Source: Octopus sinensis (lineage: Eukaryota). From it: DNA of 64,000 nucleotides. The translations under genes were made by a program, and so were the position numbers. How positions within the stretch are numbered: the first letter of the stretch is position 1; every line of letters starts with the position of its first letter. The DNA is taken from assembly GCF_006345805.1 (NCBI RefSeq), contig NC_043001.1, positions 12,586,001-12,650,000 on the forward strand, given 5' to 3'. Below the pieces are notes generated by a model. That model saw only the letters and a list, made by a program, of their open reading frames with translations. It was not told the origin of the DNA and did no database searches. Of the stretch, positions 52,415-64,000 are shown one piece after another.

Positions 52415-52823
52415 ACTCTTTACTGTTTTACTTGTTTCAGTCATTTGACTGCGACCATGCTGGAGCACCGCTTTTCGTCGAGCAAATCGACCCCGGGACA
52501 TATTCTTTGTAAGCCCAGTGCTTATTCTATCGGTCTCATTGCCGAACCGCTACGTGACGGGGACGTAAACACACCAGTATCTGTTGTCAAACAATGCTAG
52601 GGGGACAAACACAGACACACAAACACATACACACACGCTTATATATATATATGCATTTATACGACAAGCTTCTTTCAGTTTCCGTCTACCAAATCCACTC
52701 ACAAGGCATTGGTCGGCCGAGGCTATAGCAGAAGACACTTGCCGAAGATGCCACGCAGTGGGACTGAACCCGGAACCATGTGGTTGATTAGCAAGCTACT
52801 TACCACACAGCCACTCCTGCGCC
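52415..52823 (-). mobile_element. SINE family B, full length
   Basis: Reverse complement of 20183-20590. Confidence 0.88.
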
Positions 52824-53105
52824 TATCAGAAGCCAATATATTAGTTTGATATATATTATAACTTCAGGTTTTCGTTATGGCTGTTATGGAAATAAGTACA
52901 GTAGAATATTGACTTTTGTGGCTTAGATTGAGATTTGAAGGACTGCGAACTTTTGTCTGGATAACAAACGTATAAAGTAATAATTTGAACCTGTATTTGG
53001 CAAATATAAAGGTCTTATTTACTTTTATTCGTCTAATTTTAACCCTGTATATTATACGTTCTTCACAAACGCTTGTCACATAGATTTATTTTCAAACTTC
53101 CAAAA

Positions 53106-53270
53106 GACGCAGGAGTGGCTGTGTGGTAAGTAACTTGCTTACCAACCACATAGTTCCAGGTTCAGTCCCACTACGTGGCACCTTTGGCAGGTATCTTCTA
53201 CTGTAGTCTCGGGCCGACCAATGCCTTGTGGGTGGATTCGGTAGACGGAAACTGAAAGAAGCCCGTCGTA

Positions 53271-53356
<86 letters not shown>

Positions 53357-53520
53357 TGTGTGTGTGTTTGTGGGTCTGTGATTGTCCCCCCAAGATCGTT
53401 TGACAACCGATGCTGGTGTGTTTACATCCCCGTAACTTCGTGGTTCGGCAAAAGAGACCGATAGCAAAAGTTCTAATCTTACAAAGAATAAGTCCTAGGG
53501 TAGATTTGCTCGACTAAAGG
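53106..53520 (+). mobile_element. SINE family B, lacking the last part of the tail
   Basis: gacgcaggagtggctgtgtggtaag...gatttgctcgactaaagg. Confidence 0.85.
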
Positions 53521-54439
53521 TTACTTATCAGATTCCTCAAATGGAAGAACTAAATTTGACCTCTGTACAATTTGGATCCAGATTTCAAGAATCGAGAATG
53601 AATTGAGAAGTACCTTATTTTCATGTTATGTACCCCGTAGCTAAAATGCCTTGTAGCAGCTGAAAATTCAGTTCACAGGCAATAGCGTGGTGCATCTGTT
53701 TACTTCATATCTCTTGTAATAATTAAATTGTACGAAGAAAAACATACAAAATCATTAGGTTCATACTTCGATGAATATTGATGATTTGTTTCCGTTTATT
53801 AAGTAGAGGTCACTTATACTTTACAAGATAACTGTAAAGAAATTTGTCAGTTATATATATCAGCGTTGGTGCCCCAGCATGGCCGCGGCCTTCGGGCTAA
53901 AACATTTTTAAGGATTTAAGGATTTAAGGATCCATGAAGCCTATTAATACTGTAAACAAAATGGGTAGATTTGCATTGAATTTTAAACCACGTTAACGTT
54001 TCGACAACGAAATGCCTAGAGGTACCTTCACTAATAATATTAAAGCATATTATATTATTGTTGAAGTGTTGTTTCAGTAACCTTAACCTTTCAGAAACTG
54101 TAATGATATCGATGATATAACAGAAATATGTAATGTAGTAAAGGAAAATTGTGTGTTACCACTTCAAGAAATGTAATTATGGAAGGAAATGGAAAACTTT
54201 ACCCAAATGGAACAATGCCGTAAAAAATTGCAACTTTCTGCATCAAAATAAAACGAAAAGAGAATCCAAGGAGACTGGATATCTTGCAGTATATCTTCAT
54301 CTGTGAAAATCACAGATTTAGCTTAAGAAAAGATTTGCTTGCTGACAGCCTTTCTGAGTTTGTTTTCTATATGGCCATTGTTTCCAAATGGTGAGAGCAA
54401 TACAGTTCTATATTTAAGAGGTGAGGAATTATGGTTATT

Positions 54440-54560
54440 ATTTACATTATTTACATTTGACGGATATTTGTCCTAATCTTGTTTGTTGTTAATACAAAGT
54501 TTCGGCTGATATACCCTCCATCCTTCTTCAGGTGTCTTGGGGAAATTTCGAACCTGAGTT
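54440..54560 (-). mobile_element. Solo PLE pLTR fragment with a hammerhead motif (54491-54536)
   Basis: GACAC-CTGAAGA-A-GGATG gagggtatat CAGCC-GAAACTTT-GTATT; homologous to 56468-56513. Confidence 0.7.
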
Positions 54561-54578
54561 CTCTAAGGTATTTTTCGA

Positions 54579-54625
<47 letters not shown>

Positions 54626-54767
54626 TATTATTATTATTATCGGAATCTTTGGGTTTATAGCCCGCGCTCTTAACCTCTGTGCCATATGCCCGTGGGCAAT
54701 TATGGAGTGAATATTAGGGCTTGTAAATCTAATATTCTCCTCTCCTTTCTTAATACCGGTTCCTATG

Positions 54768-54848
54768 GGCGCAGGAGTAGCTGTGTGATAAGTAGCTTGC
54801 TTACCAACCACATGAAAGAAGCCCGTCATATATATGTATATGAATATG

Positions 54849-54897
<49 letters not shown>

Positions 54898-55657
54898 CAC
54901 AATCAAGGAACGGCCATAATAGGCCATTCACCCACTAGAAATAACAGCCAAAGCTTCAACCGCAAAATAACATTAATTCCGTAAACCAGGAGAAAATTAA
55001 AAAACATTTACCCTGTAATTTCTTATACGATGCACCGTTTCATCTACTGTTTAATGGTAAACTAACCTGATTAAATTAAATCAAGCCAATCTTCCATAGG
55101 CCCTTAGAATCGTCAGTTAGAAATAGCCAGATTGGAACAGATATTTTCACGAGGCATTTCTGTCCCTGCCTCGGCAATATCTGACCTAAAATTTTAAAAT
55201 CATCGCACTCGCGCCAAATTTATCGGCAGCAAATAAATATAAGCCGCCGATTCCATTACAGAATTAACCAGAAAATTCATAATTAATCAATATAGGGTGG
55301 CAAAAAATTTTGTAGAATTTTTTTGCCACCAGCGGCCTAGTGGGAAAAAATTAAATAGTCATAGACCATTTTTAAGTTCAACATCACAATCAAGGAACGG
55401 CCATAATAGGCCATTCACCCACTAGAAATAACAGCCAAAGCTTCAACCGCAAAATAACATTAATTTCACGAGGCATTTCTGTCCCTGCCTCGGCAATATC
55501 TGACCTAAAATTTTCAAATCATCGCACTCGCGCCTATTATGCCGTTCCTTGATTGTGATGTTGAACTTAAAAATGGTCTATGACTATTTAATTTTTTCCC
55601 ACTAGGCCGCTGGTGGCAAGAAAATTCTACAAAAATTTTTTGCCACCCTATATTGAT

Positions 55658-55700
<43 letters not shown>

Positions 55701-55917
55701 GTATGTATGTGTGTGTATTTATGTGTTTGTGTCTGTCCCCCCAACATCGGTCGACAACCGATACTGGTGTGTTTATGTCTCCGTAACTAGCGGTTCGGCA
55801 AAAAACACCGATATAAGTACTAGGCTTACAAAGAATAAGTCCTGGGGTCGACTTGCTCGACTGAAGGTGGTGCTCCAGCATGGCCACAGTCAAATGACTG
55901 AAACAAGTAAAAGAGTA
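54768..55917 (+). mobile_element. SINE family B whose internal microsatellite hosts the hammerhead repeat element
   Basis: An internally deleted head at 54768-54830 and the 3' half at ~55720-55917 flank the insert. Confidence 0.75.
54896..55660 (-). mobile_element. Second locus of the 489-bp hammerhead repeat family
   Basis: One unit with HHR at 55018-55124 (CTGACGA core), a second unit lacking the HHR (junction ~55464), and an inverted segment at 55535-55660. Confidence 0.85.
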
Positions 55918-55919
55918 TA

Positions 55920-56585
55920 TGCTTTCATATCTGCACTCGGTCTGCTTAGGAGATTGTTGTGTCCAAGCATATGCACTGCCTCTTTTAGTTTTCGTATTTT
56001 CCAGTGGTTTTCTCTGCCAATAATTTTAACTTCATCCCACTGGGAGAGGTGGTCTTCAGGTTTCCATTCATGATCAGCTATGACCCATTTATCAGTATCT
56101 CCCCGTGTCACAGCTTTGTGATGTTCGTCTACCCTTACTTTGAGGGGGCAGCATATTTCGCCTTTGTCTAACCTACCACAGTTGCATGGGATGGAGTACA
56201 CGCAGTTCTTGATCACGCTCTCTTCTATTGGTGGTTTTACTCGAAGGAGATATTCGCGAAGTGTTGTATTACTCTTGAATAGTGTCCTGATGTCATATAG
56301 CCCGCATATCTTTTGTATCTTTTCGCAGAGGTTTTTCACATAGGGTAGACAGACTGTGGACAGTTTATTGGTTTCATCCTCTCGTTTCTTCTTAATTGGA
56401 GTGGGCAATATGTTTTCGGGGTAGTTGTTGCTTAATAGATTGTTACTGAGCTTGATCATTTTCCTAAGACACCTGATGAAGGCTGGAGGGTATATCAGCC
56501 GAAACGCTGTGTTAACAACAAACAAGATGGAGAAAGCAAGTTTTTCACATTTGTGCTTTGTATAACAGGTCATATACACTTCCAT
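55920..56585 (-). mobile_element. Penelope-like GIY-YIG 3' fragment with an inverted pLTR (HHR at 56468-56513, + strand) at its 5' junction
   Basis: VCLPYVKNLCEKI...NCVYSIPCNCG...LKVRVDEH...RKLKEAVH. The + strand reads GACAC-CTGATGA-A-GGCTG...CAGCC-GAAACGCT-GTGTT. Confidence 0.85.
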
Positions 56586-57351
56586 TTTCCTGTCGTTTTG
56601 CGAAAAATTTATTTCCCATAGAAATATCGTGCTTTTAAATATTAGTGTATAATTCGCAACAAATGAAATAAAGAAAATGGAGACAGATCACCAATCAATT
56701 AATTTGAGATACATTTTCTGTGCAGACTACAGCTAATTATCAAACCCATTCTAACGATTCCTTAAGTAAAGAGAAAACAATATTACCTGTGTGTTGTGTT
56801 GTATCCTTTGAACGGAAACCAACCGCTAGGATTCGAATAGTTGGAACACCCGAACCAAACAGCTTTCATAACGTGTTAATCCCTCATTACGTAAATCAAA
56901 GAATTTATCCATCTAGGCATTATACTTAATGTATAGTCACTATAGAACGGTTGTATTTGTACTGGGATAACATCCCTTCAGGATTGCTGTTTTGGAAACA
57001 CAATAACTATTTGCGACCAACTAGAACATCAGATGCATTTATATTATTTTGGCCCGTTTTGGTGATGCGTCTTTGCAGCCAGCCAAAAAATCAGACACAA
57101 ATTCATCATCGCTGATGCCATTACTGTAAAGGCCCGAATGGCAGAAATGAATATCTGCATTCTCATTAACCCCTGTTAGGACGAGTTTCTGTCTCTCTTT
57201 GATGCATAACTTGGTTTAACTTGTCTCCCTAATTTTATAACAAGTGTTATCTTAGAACAAATACATCAGACACTGGACTCTCAATAGTTTGTATACATTG
57301 CGTATGATATATAGATAACTATTTTAGAATGATATAAATGTGCAAGTTTCC

Positions 57352-57492
57352 TTGTACCAAATCCGCTCACAAGGCTTTGGTTGGCTCGAGGCTATACTAG
57401 AAAAGACTTGCTCAAGATACCACGCAGTGGGACTGAACTCAGAACCACGTGGCTGGTAAGCAAGCTACGTACCACACAATCACTTCTGCGCC
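57352..57492 (-). mobile_element. SINE family B, 5' part
   Basis: The minus strand reads ggcgcagaagtgattgtgtggtacgtagcttgc...gagttcagtcccactgcgtgg. Confidence 0.75.
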
Positions 57493-57604
57493 TACATACA
57501 TTCATACACACAGACACTCATATATATATAAATATATATATATATTTTCTAGTTTCAGCTCAGAGCTGCGGCCATGCTGATGCACCGCCGTTAATATATA
57601 TATA

Positions 57605-57635
<31 letters not shown>

Positions 57636-57653
57636 ATATATTAATATATTATA

Positions 57654-60600
57654 TCTCTATCTATAAATAACGGCGTTTGTCTGTGCGTGCTTCTGTGTGT
57701 CTGTTTTCTCGTACCCTCACCCTGACCACGGCTTTAACCGATTCTGATGAAATTGACACACACATAGCCCAATGTCATAATTCAAAACTAACGCAGCGAA
57801 AATTTTGAAAAGTTCCCCCAGTTCTGAAAAAAATTGATAAATTCGACATGGGGTCGAGAATCATAAACATGAACCACAGACTGTCTAGGGGACGCAACTC
57901 GAGAATCTAAGCTTTTTTTATGCAACGCATTATCTATGGTAGTTTTCACAACTTGCAATCGATTTTCACCAAACTCATGGTGAAGCTTAATGTACCCTAA
58001 GAACTCAATTCTGACGTTAGTTTTCCATGCAATACCTTACCATCAGAAACAATCGATAAAATCATGCCATTTTGGGAAATCGCGTTCAAATTCAAGATGA
58101 CATATTTTCGACAATATCTTTCACAAATTGGCAGGAATCTTTTTTTTTTTCACAACGAGCATCATGCCTGCTCCAAGGAGCTATATAGCTCTTTTTATTC
58201 CAATAGGATACATTATTGGAAAAAATCGGTTAATTTAATCATATGTGGCACACATAGCAAACAAATTTGTGTATTAAACACAAACCAGACTGTCTAGGGG
58301 ACGCAACTTGACCTTTTTAGCTATCGATAATTCGATCCAACCAATTCCTACCAGGAAGAAATTACATTCGAGACTTTACCCCCAACACCGCCACTTCTGC
58401 TAATAGCTGCTGCAGCCGCAAGTTATTCGAATACTTTTTTGGTTTAAACTTTCTTTATAACTACCACCCCAAACGTTTTACCTTCAATTTTTGACGTACC
58501 CTAACGGCCTCGGACGCTACTTGCAAACTCTTGGTTTATTATAAACCACTTTTGTCGTGTGCATCAAAAAACTTTTCCTTTCGTTTGTTCAGTTTGATCA
58601 CTTTTGACTTTTTCGTTGTTGTCACTCACATTGCTGCCAGCTTTTTGGCCGTTTTTGTACATTTTTATACGTTTTCGGATACTTATCCCACGAGCTCCTT
58701 TTTATTACACCTTTACCAAACACATTGCTATCCACCAAAATACTTACCCCACGTGTTCCTTTTTATTACACCTTTGCCAAACACATTGCTATCCACCAAA
58801 ATGCACCCAAGAAGAGAAGGACCCTCCTCAGCCCTCGGACGGCCAAGGCATCGGCTGCCAGGGCTAGAAGGGCACGCGAGACCCACGAGGAAACCGCCTT
58901 GCGCCTCTCGCAAACAGCTTCCCGTTATGCCGCTGCTCAGGCATCTGAAACTACTAGCGACCGTTCTACCCGACTTGCAAGGGTCGCAGCGTACAGATCT
59001 TCCCTCCGCTCGAGGTTGACGAAAGAGCAACAGTCCAGCCAAAACATGCGGGCTTCTTACTGTGCTTCCATCCGCAGAGCTCGCGAGAACCCCGAACAAA
59101 GGGCCATTCGGAATGCGGCTAACGCCACTAGCACTGCCAGGACACGATCTGTCGAAACCTCACAGCAGAGGAGAACTCGCCAAGATGCTGACGCCGCAAA
59201 CAAAGCCATGGCCAAAGCTGCCGAAACACCTCAACAGAGGAGAGCTCGCCAAGCTGCTAACGCCGCAAACACAGCCAGGGCTCGATCTGCCGAACTCCAC
59301 ACCAACGGACTATTCTGACATCCAGACATGCCATTAACACTGCTTCTGCTAGGGCTTCAGAGGGTGCTGAGGCGAGAGCTGAAAGGCTTTCAAGGGATGC
59401 CACTGCTACCGCTGTCGCACGTGCATCTGAATCTGCTGAGGCACGGTGCACTCGACTTGAGAGTATCAACAAACGTCGGGATATCATTCGTGGTGTACGT
59501 ACCCCTGCCCCCGCTTTCTGGTTGTCACTAGCATTCAACTACGACGCCACAATTAACTTCTCCTTGCGTGACGACATCAAGATAGGGTCAATGACAATTG
59601 TATGCCAGTTTTGCAAAGCCAAGAAATGGCCCGGAGAGCCACCTGGTTTGTGCTGCTCTGGTGGCAAAGTGGACCTGCCACCCCTACGGGAACCACCTCA
59701 ACCACTGAAGGATCTCGCGGCGGGTTTAAACCCCGATTCGTCACAATTCCTTGAAATAATTCGAAAGTACAACTGCTCATTCCAAATGACCTCTTTTGGG
59801 GCCAAAATTCCTCCCAGAGAGGGCTGGATGCCTACTTTCAAAGTGCAGGGACAGGTCTACCATCTTATTGGGTCACTTCTGCCAGACGAGATTCAGCAGT
59901 CTTCTTTCCTCCAAATATACTTCATTGCCGACTACAACCCCAGGTTGATGCACGCCTTGGAATAATACCGGGTACAAGCTATGTTCCCCGCAAAGACATT
60001 CATTCTCTCCGTCTCCAAACCATGCTTCATGATATCAACAGCTACGTCTGCAGCTTCAGATATGCCTTGGACAGTGCTCCATCTCCAAACTTCACCGTTG
60101 TCATTGATGCTGATAAACGACCCCACGGGGAGCACGAACGCCGTTTCAACGCACCTGCGTGCAACGAAATTGCCGCAGTTATACACGGAGAGCAACACAA
60201 CAGCCGTGACATAATCATCTCCTCCCGTGGTAACAACCTACACAGGATCAGCGAGACTCACAGATCTTATGACGCGCTTCACTATCCATTGCTTTTCCCT
60301 TATGGGGAAGACGGCTACCACTTCGGAATTCCTTTACGGCAGCCCTCCAATCAAACTACTGCGGCATCAAAGACGGTTTCCTGCAGGGCGTTCTACTCAT
60401 ACCGGTTCATGGTCAGGGAGGGTGAGTTCAACTTATTGCCCCGTTGTCGTCAGCTATTCAACCAGTTCGCCGTCGATATGGCCGCAAAAATGGAATCGGA
60501 AAGGCTGCTATACATTAAACTTAATCAGACCAAACTTCGCTCCGACTCCTACATTCATCTCCGTGACGGTTTGCAACAAGAAAATGACCCTCGCAACATC

Positions 60601-63600
60601 GGCAAGCCATGCATTCTACCCTCCACCTTCACGGGAGGACCGCGATATATGCGTGAAAAGACCCAAGACGCCTTGACCTACGTGCGCATTTACGCGGCCG
60701 CCGGACCTCTTTATCACCTACACGTGCAATCCCAGCTGCGACGAAATCACTCGCGAACTCCTCCCGGGTCAATCTCACACCCATCGACACGACATCGTTG
60801 CTAGGGTTTTCCGTCTGAATTGGGCAAAATGAAGGATTTGATAGTTAAGAGTCAGATTTTCGGGCATGTCAGGTGCCACATGTTTTCGGTCGAGTGGCAA
60901 AAGAGGGGCTTGCCACATGCTCACATCTTAATTTGGCTCACTCATAAAATCGAGACTAATGACATTGACAAATTCATTTCCGCCGAGATTCCTGACCCCG
61001 ATGAGGACCCCGGACTCTACGAAATTGTCCGCACTACCATGGTACACGGGCCCTGTGGACCAAATTACGCCAACACACCATGCTACAAAAACGGATTAGC
61101 CTGCTCAAAGGGATTCCCTAAACGGTTCACTTTGGAGACTCAAACAGGCGGCGATGGGTATCCGCTGTACAAATGAAGGAGTCCAGCCAATGGAGGCCGC
61201 ACGATTACGGTTGGGCGACATCAAGTGGACAACAGCTACATTGTCCCCTACTGTCCTCTCCTGTCGAAGATATTCAAAGCCCACGTCAACGTTGAGTTCT
61301 GCAGCTCCATCAGGTCAATACATATGTCTGCAAATATATCAACAAAGGCAGCGATGCTGCCATGTTCAGCATCCAGAGGACCACCAGTCGCGACGAAGTG
61401 TCCAACTACTTGGCTGGCCGGTACCTCAGCAGCAACGAAGCGTTTTGGCGCATTTACGGCTTCCCGCTCCATCAGAGACACCCGGCTGTGGTGCAGCTTG
61501 CTGTACACTTGGAAAATGGACAGCAGACTTACTTCACAGAGCAAAGTGCTGTGCAGATAGCCACCAGCCCTAAAGACACAACGTTGACTGGTTTCTTCTT
61601 CAATTATGCCAACGTGATGACTTCGCTCGAACGCTTTTGTACCCACAGGTCCCATCGTACTTCGTGTGGTCTAAAAACACCTGGGTTCGACGGAAATCCG
61701 GCAAAAACGTCGAAAGCCTCCCAGGCGTCAAGTTTGACTCCTGCCTGGGTCGAGTTTACAACATCCCGCCAAACCAGCAAGAATGCTTCTACCTCCGTCT
61801 CCTTCTACATGAGGTCACTGGTCCAACAGGTTTCGCCAATATACGTACCGTCAATGGGGTTCTGTGCGACACCTTCAGGGAAGCATGTATGAGACTTGGC
61901 CTTAGAGGATGACTCCCAGTGGGACGCCACGATGGCAGAGGGTGCTTTACTGCAAACGCATTCGGCCCTACGACATCTTTTCGCAATCCTTCTTCAAAAA
62001 TGTCAGCTTAGTGATCCACTAAGTCTCTGGATGAAATACAGGGATGACATGTCGCACGACTTCTTACGTACGGCTCAGCAACACTGCCCTTCCGCCGAGA
62101 TCACGTTCACCAACTTCATTTACAATTTTGCGCTCATGCAACTCGAAGACGCTGTCATCGATATGGGTGGGTCTGCTTTAACAGAGTACGGCCTTCCACC
62201 ACCCACACGTGAACACGCCAATGTTATGTCTGCTGAATTGTTACGCGAAACTTCCTACTGCATTGAGGAACTGCACCAGTACGTCCAAGATAATGAACCA
62301 CGGCTGCTTCCAGACCAGCGCATAGCTACAACACCATCGTAGACTCTGTCAGACAGCAACGTGGGGGGATTTTTTCTTCTTGATGCACCCGGCGGCACTG
62401 GCAAAACCTTCGTCACTAAACTAATTCTGGCAGAGGTCAGACGCAACACGGACATTGCCCTGGCTGTAGCTTCCTCTGGTATCGCGGCCACGTTGCTTCC
62501 GGGTGGCAGAACCGCCCACTCTGCCTTCAGACTCCCGCTCGATCTGGCAAAGTCCGAGTCACCTATCTGCAACATCGCCAAGAACTCAGAACAGGCCGAC
62601 ATTCTGCGCAGATGCAAACTCATCGTATGGGACGAGTGCACTATGGCACACAAAGGCGCCTTTGAGGCACTGGACAGGTCCCTGCAAGACTCTACGGCCC
62701 CCATGGGAGGATTAACTTTACTTCTTTCAGGAGGCTTCAGGCAGACTCTACCTGTTATTCCAAAAGGAACCCGTGCCGATGCCGTGCGCGCGTGCCTTAA
62801 GTCGTCAGCTCTTGGGCACATGTGCGGCCCTTGCACCTCCAAACTAACATGCGCGCGCAGTTAATTGGTGACAGCGGATCCGCTGCATTCTCCCAGGACC
62901 TCTTATTGCTCGGTGAAAATAGGATGCTGTCTGATGCGGATGGCTACGTTCAATTGGACTCACTTTGCACCATTGTCGACACCCCTGCTAGCCTCCGGGA
63001 CGCTGTCTTCCACGACCTACAAAACAATTTACGCGACCTAAAATGGCTGGCAGGCAGAGCTATTCTCGCACCCAAAACTACAACCGTCAACTCCATCAAT
63101 ATCCAGCTACTTGAAGCTATTCCTGGTGTGATGTCCACGTCTACAAATCTATAGATAGGACAGCAGACCCCGCCCAGCTTGCCGATTATCCTGTTGAATT
63201 CCTGAATTCACTTGAACCGCCAGGCCTGCCACCACACATCCTGAAGTTAAAAGTCGGTGCGCCCATTATGCTCATCAGGAATTTGGTTCCACCTAAACAG
63301 TGCAACGGCACACGTTTGGTTGTGAAACATTTGGCACCACATTTAATAACGGCCACAATACTTACCGGTTGTGGGAAGGGAGAGGACGTCTTCATTCCAC
63401 GGATGCACCTTCAACCGTCGGGCGCTGACCTACCAATCCACTTCAGGCGTTCTCAGTTTCCTGTTAAACTCTGCTTCGCAATGTCCATCAATAAATCCCA
63501 AGGCCAAACGCTACAAGTCGCTGGGTTACATTTGGGCGAACAGTGCTTCGCCCACGGTCAACTCTACGTGGGCTGTTCACGCGTTGGGAGGCGCAATGAT

Positions 63601-63785
63601 GTTTTCATGTTTTCGCCCAAACGGACAGCTAGGAACATCGTATATACAGAAGTATTCCAGTGAAGACAAGACATTGCAACGTCCACATGCACCTTCGTTC
63701 CCTGGAGGGAAAGGACTACATTGGGATTAGTCGTTGCCTACTAGGGGCTCTTACATACCCGGGCAACGCCGGGCTATGCTGCTAG
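57654..63785 (+). mobile_element. Near full-length autonomous-type Helitron (~6.1 kb)
   Basis: 5' TC after an A; 3' hairpin cccgggcaacgccggg (63758-63773); CTAG end followed by T; RepHel coding region inside. Confidence 0.95.
58800..63663 (+). pseudogene. Helitron Rep/PIF1-helicase, split by multiple frameshifts
   Basis: PKKRR-like start and ET.EQR repeats; TFTGGPRYM; HUH motif VEWQKRGLPHAHILIW; YVCKYINKG; Walker A DAPGGTGKT; IVWDE; [20 protein letters not shown]; [10 protein letters not shown]. Confidence 0.93.
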
Positions 63786-63789
63786 TATA

Positions 63790-63930
63790 TATATATACAG
63801 GGTTGGTCATGAGTCGCCGAAAGTAAATTAAAATGCCATAAATACTATCTGCAATTCTGTTTTGACACGAATGGAAAAATGTGTCGAAGAAGAAGGATTT
63901 TAGTTCGAACAATTTTCCTAATGTTTCATA
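63790..63930 (+). mobile_element. Possible mariner-derived short element
   Basis: TA-cagggttggtca start and an RMEKCVEEEG.FEQ remnant resembling a mariner transposase C-terminus. Confidence 0.4.
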
Positions 63931-64000
63931 TTTAGATGTAAGACAGCTCCTGTGAAGAATGATCGGAAGGTTTGTATATGCAATTAAAGCGGCTAGCTTA

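Noticed and set aside
55890-56585. 231-aa ORF as a single gene
   Set aside because: Chimeric: inverted pLTR sequence, then the PLE endonuclease, then SINE tail read-through.
56620-57330. GPCR-like peptides on the minus strand (MMNLCLIFW, INASDVLVG, WINSLIYVMR)
   Set aside because: The order and spacing are inconsistent (a TM7-like motif directly after TM2/3), showing how easily AT-rich DNA mimics such motifs.
57740-57800. CTGATGA in the Helitron 5' end (also near 4619)
   Set aside because: No helix II followed by GAAA and no helix I partner, so it is not a hammerhead.
58728-63395. Minus-strand and alternate-frame ORFs inside the Helitron
   Set aside because: Expected by-products of GC-rich coding sequence; no evidence of captured host genes.

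Overview
Eukaryotic, AT-rich, microsatellite-dense DNA. The repeat types suggest a cephalopod (Octopus-like) genome, but that is inference. I found no intact host gene. Mobile elements dominate the window: a near-complete Helitron (57654-63785) with a matching mini-Helitron, CR1/L2-type LINE fragments, Penelope-like (PLE) fragments, 3' ends of a LINE with a restriction-like endonuclease (RLE), an ORF1-only LINE, a mariner, a maT/Tc1-like fragment, a probable Chapaev3-like transposon, and three tRNA-derived SINE families. Two less obvious signals stand out. (1) There are more than ten type I hammerhead ribozyme (HHR) motifs in several families. These include a 489-bp tandem, ORF-less, retrozyme-like repeat at two loci whose HHR has an intact core and a long helix II. 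(2) Several AT-rich stretches translate, through stops and frameshifts, into rhodopsin-type GPCR-like TM motifs, suggesting decayed receptor genes (low to moderate confidence). All alignments and folds were read by eye, most element boundaries are approximate, and no database search was run.
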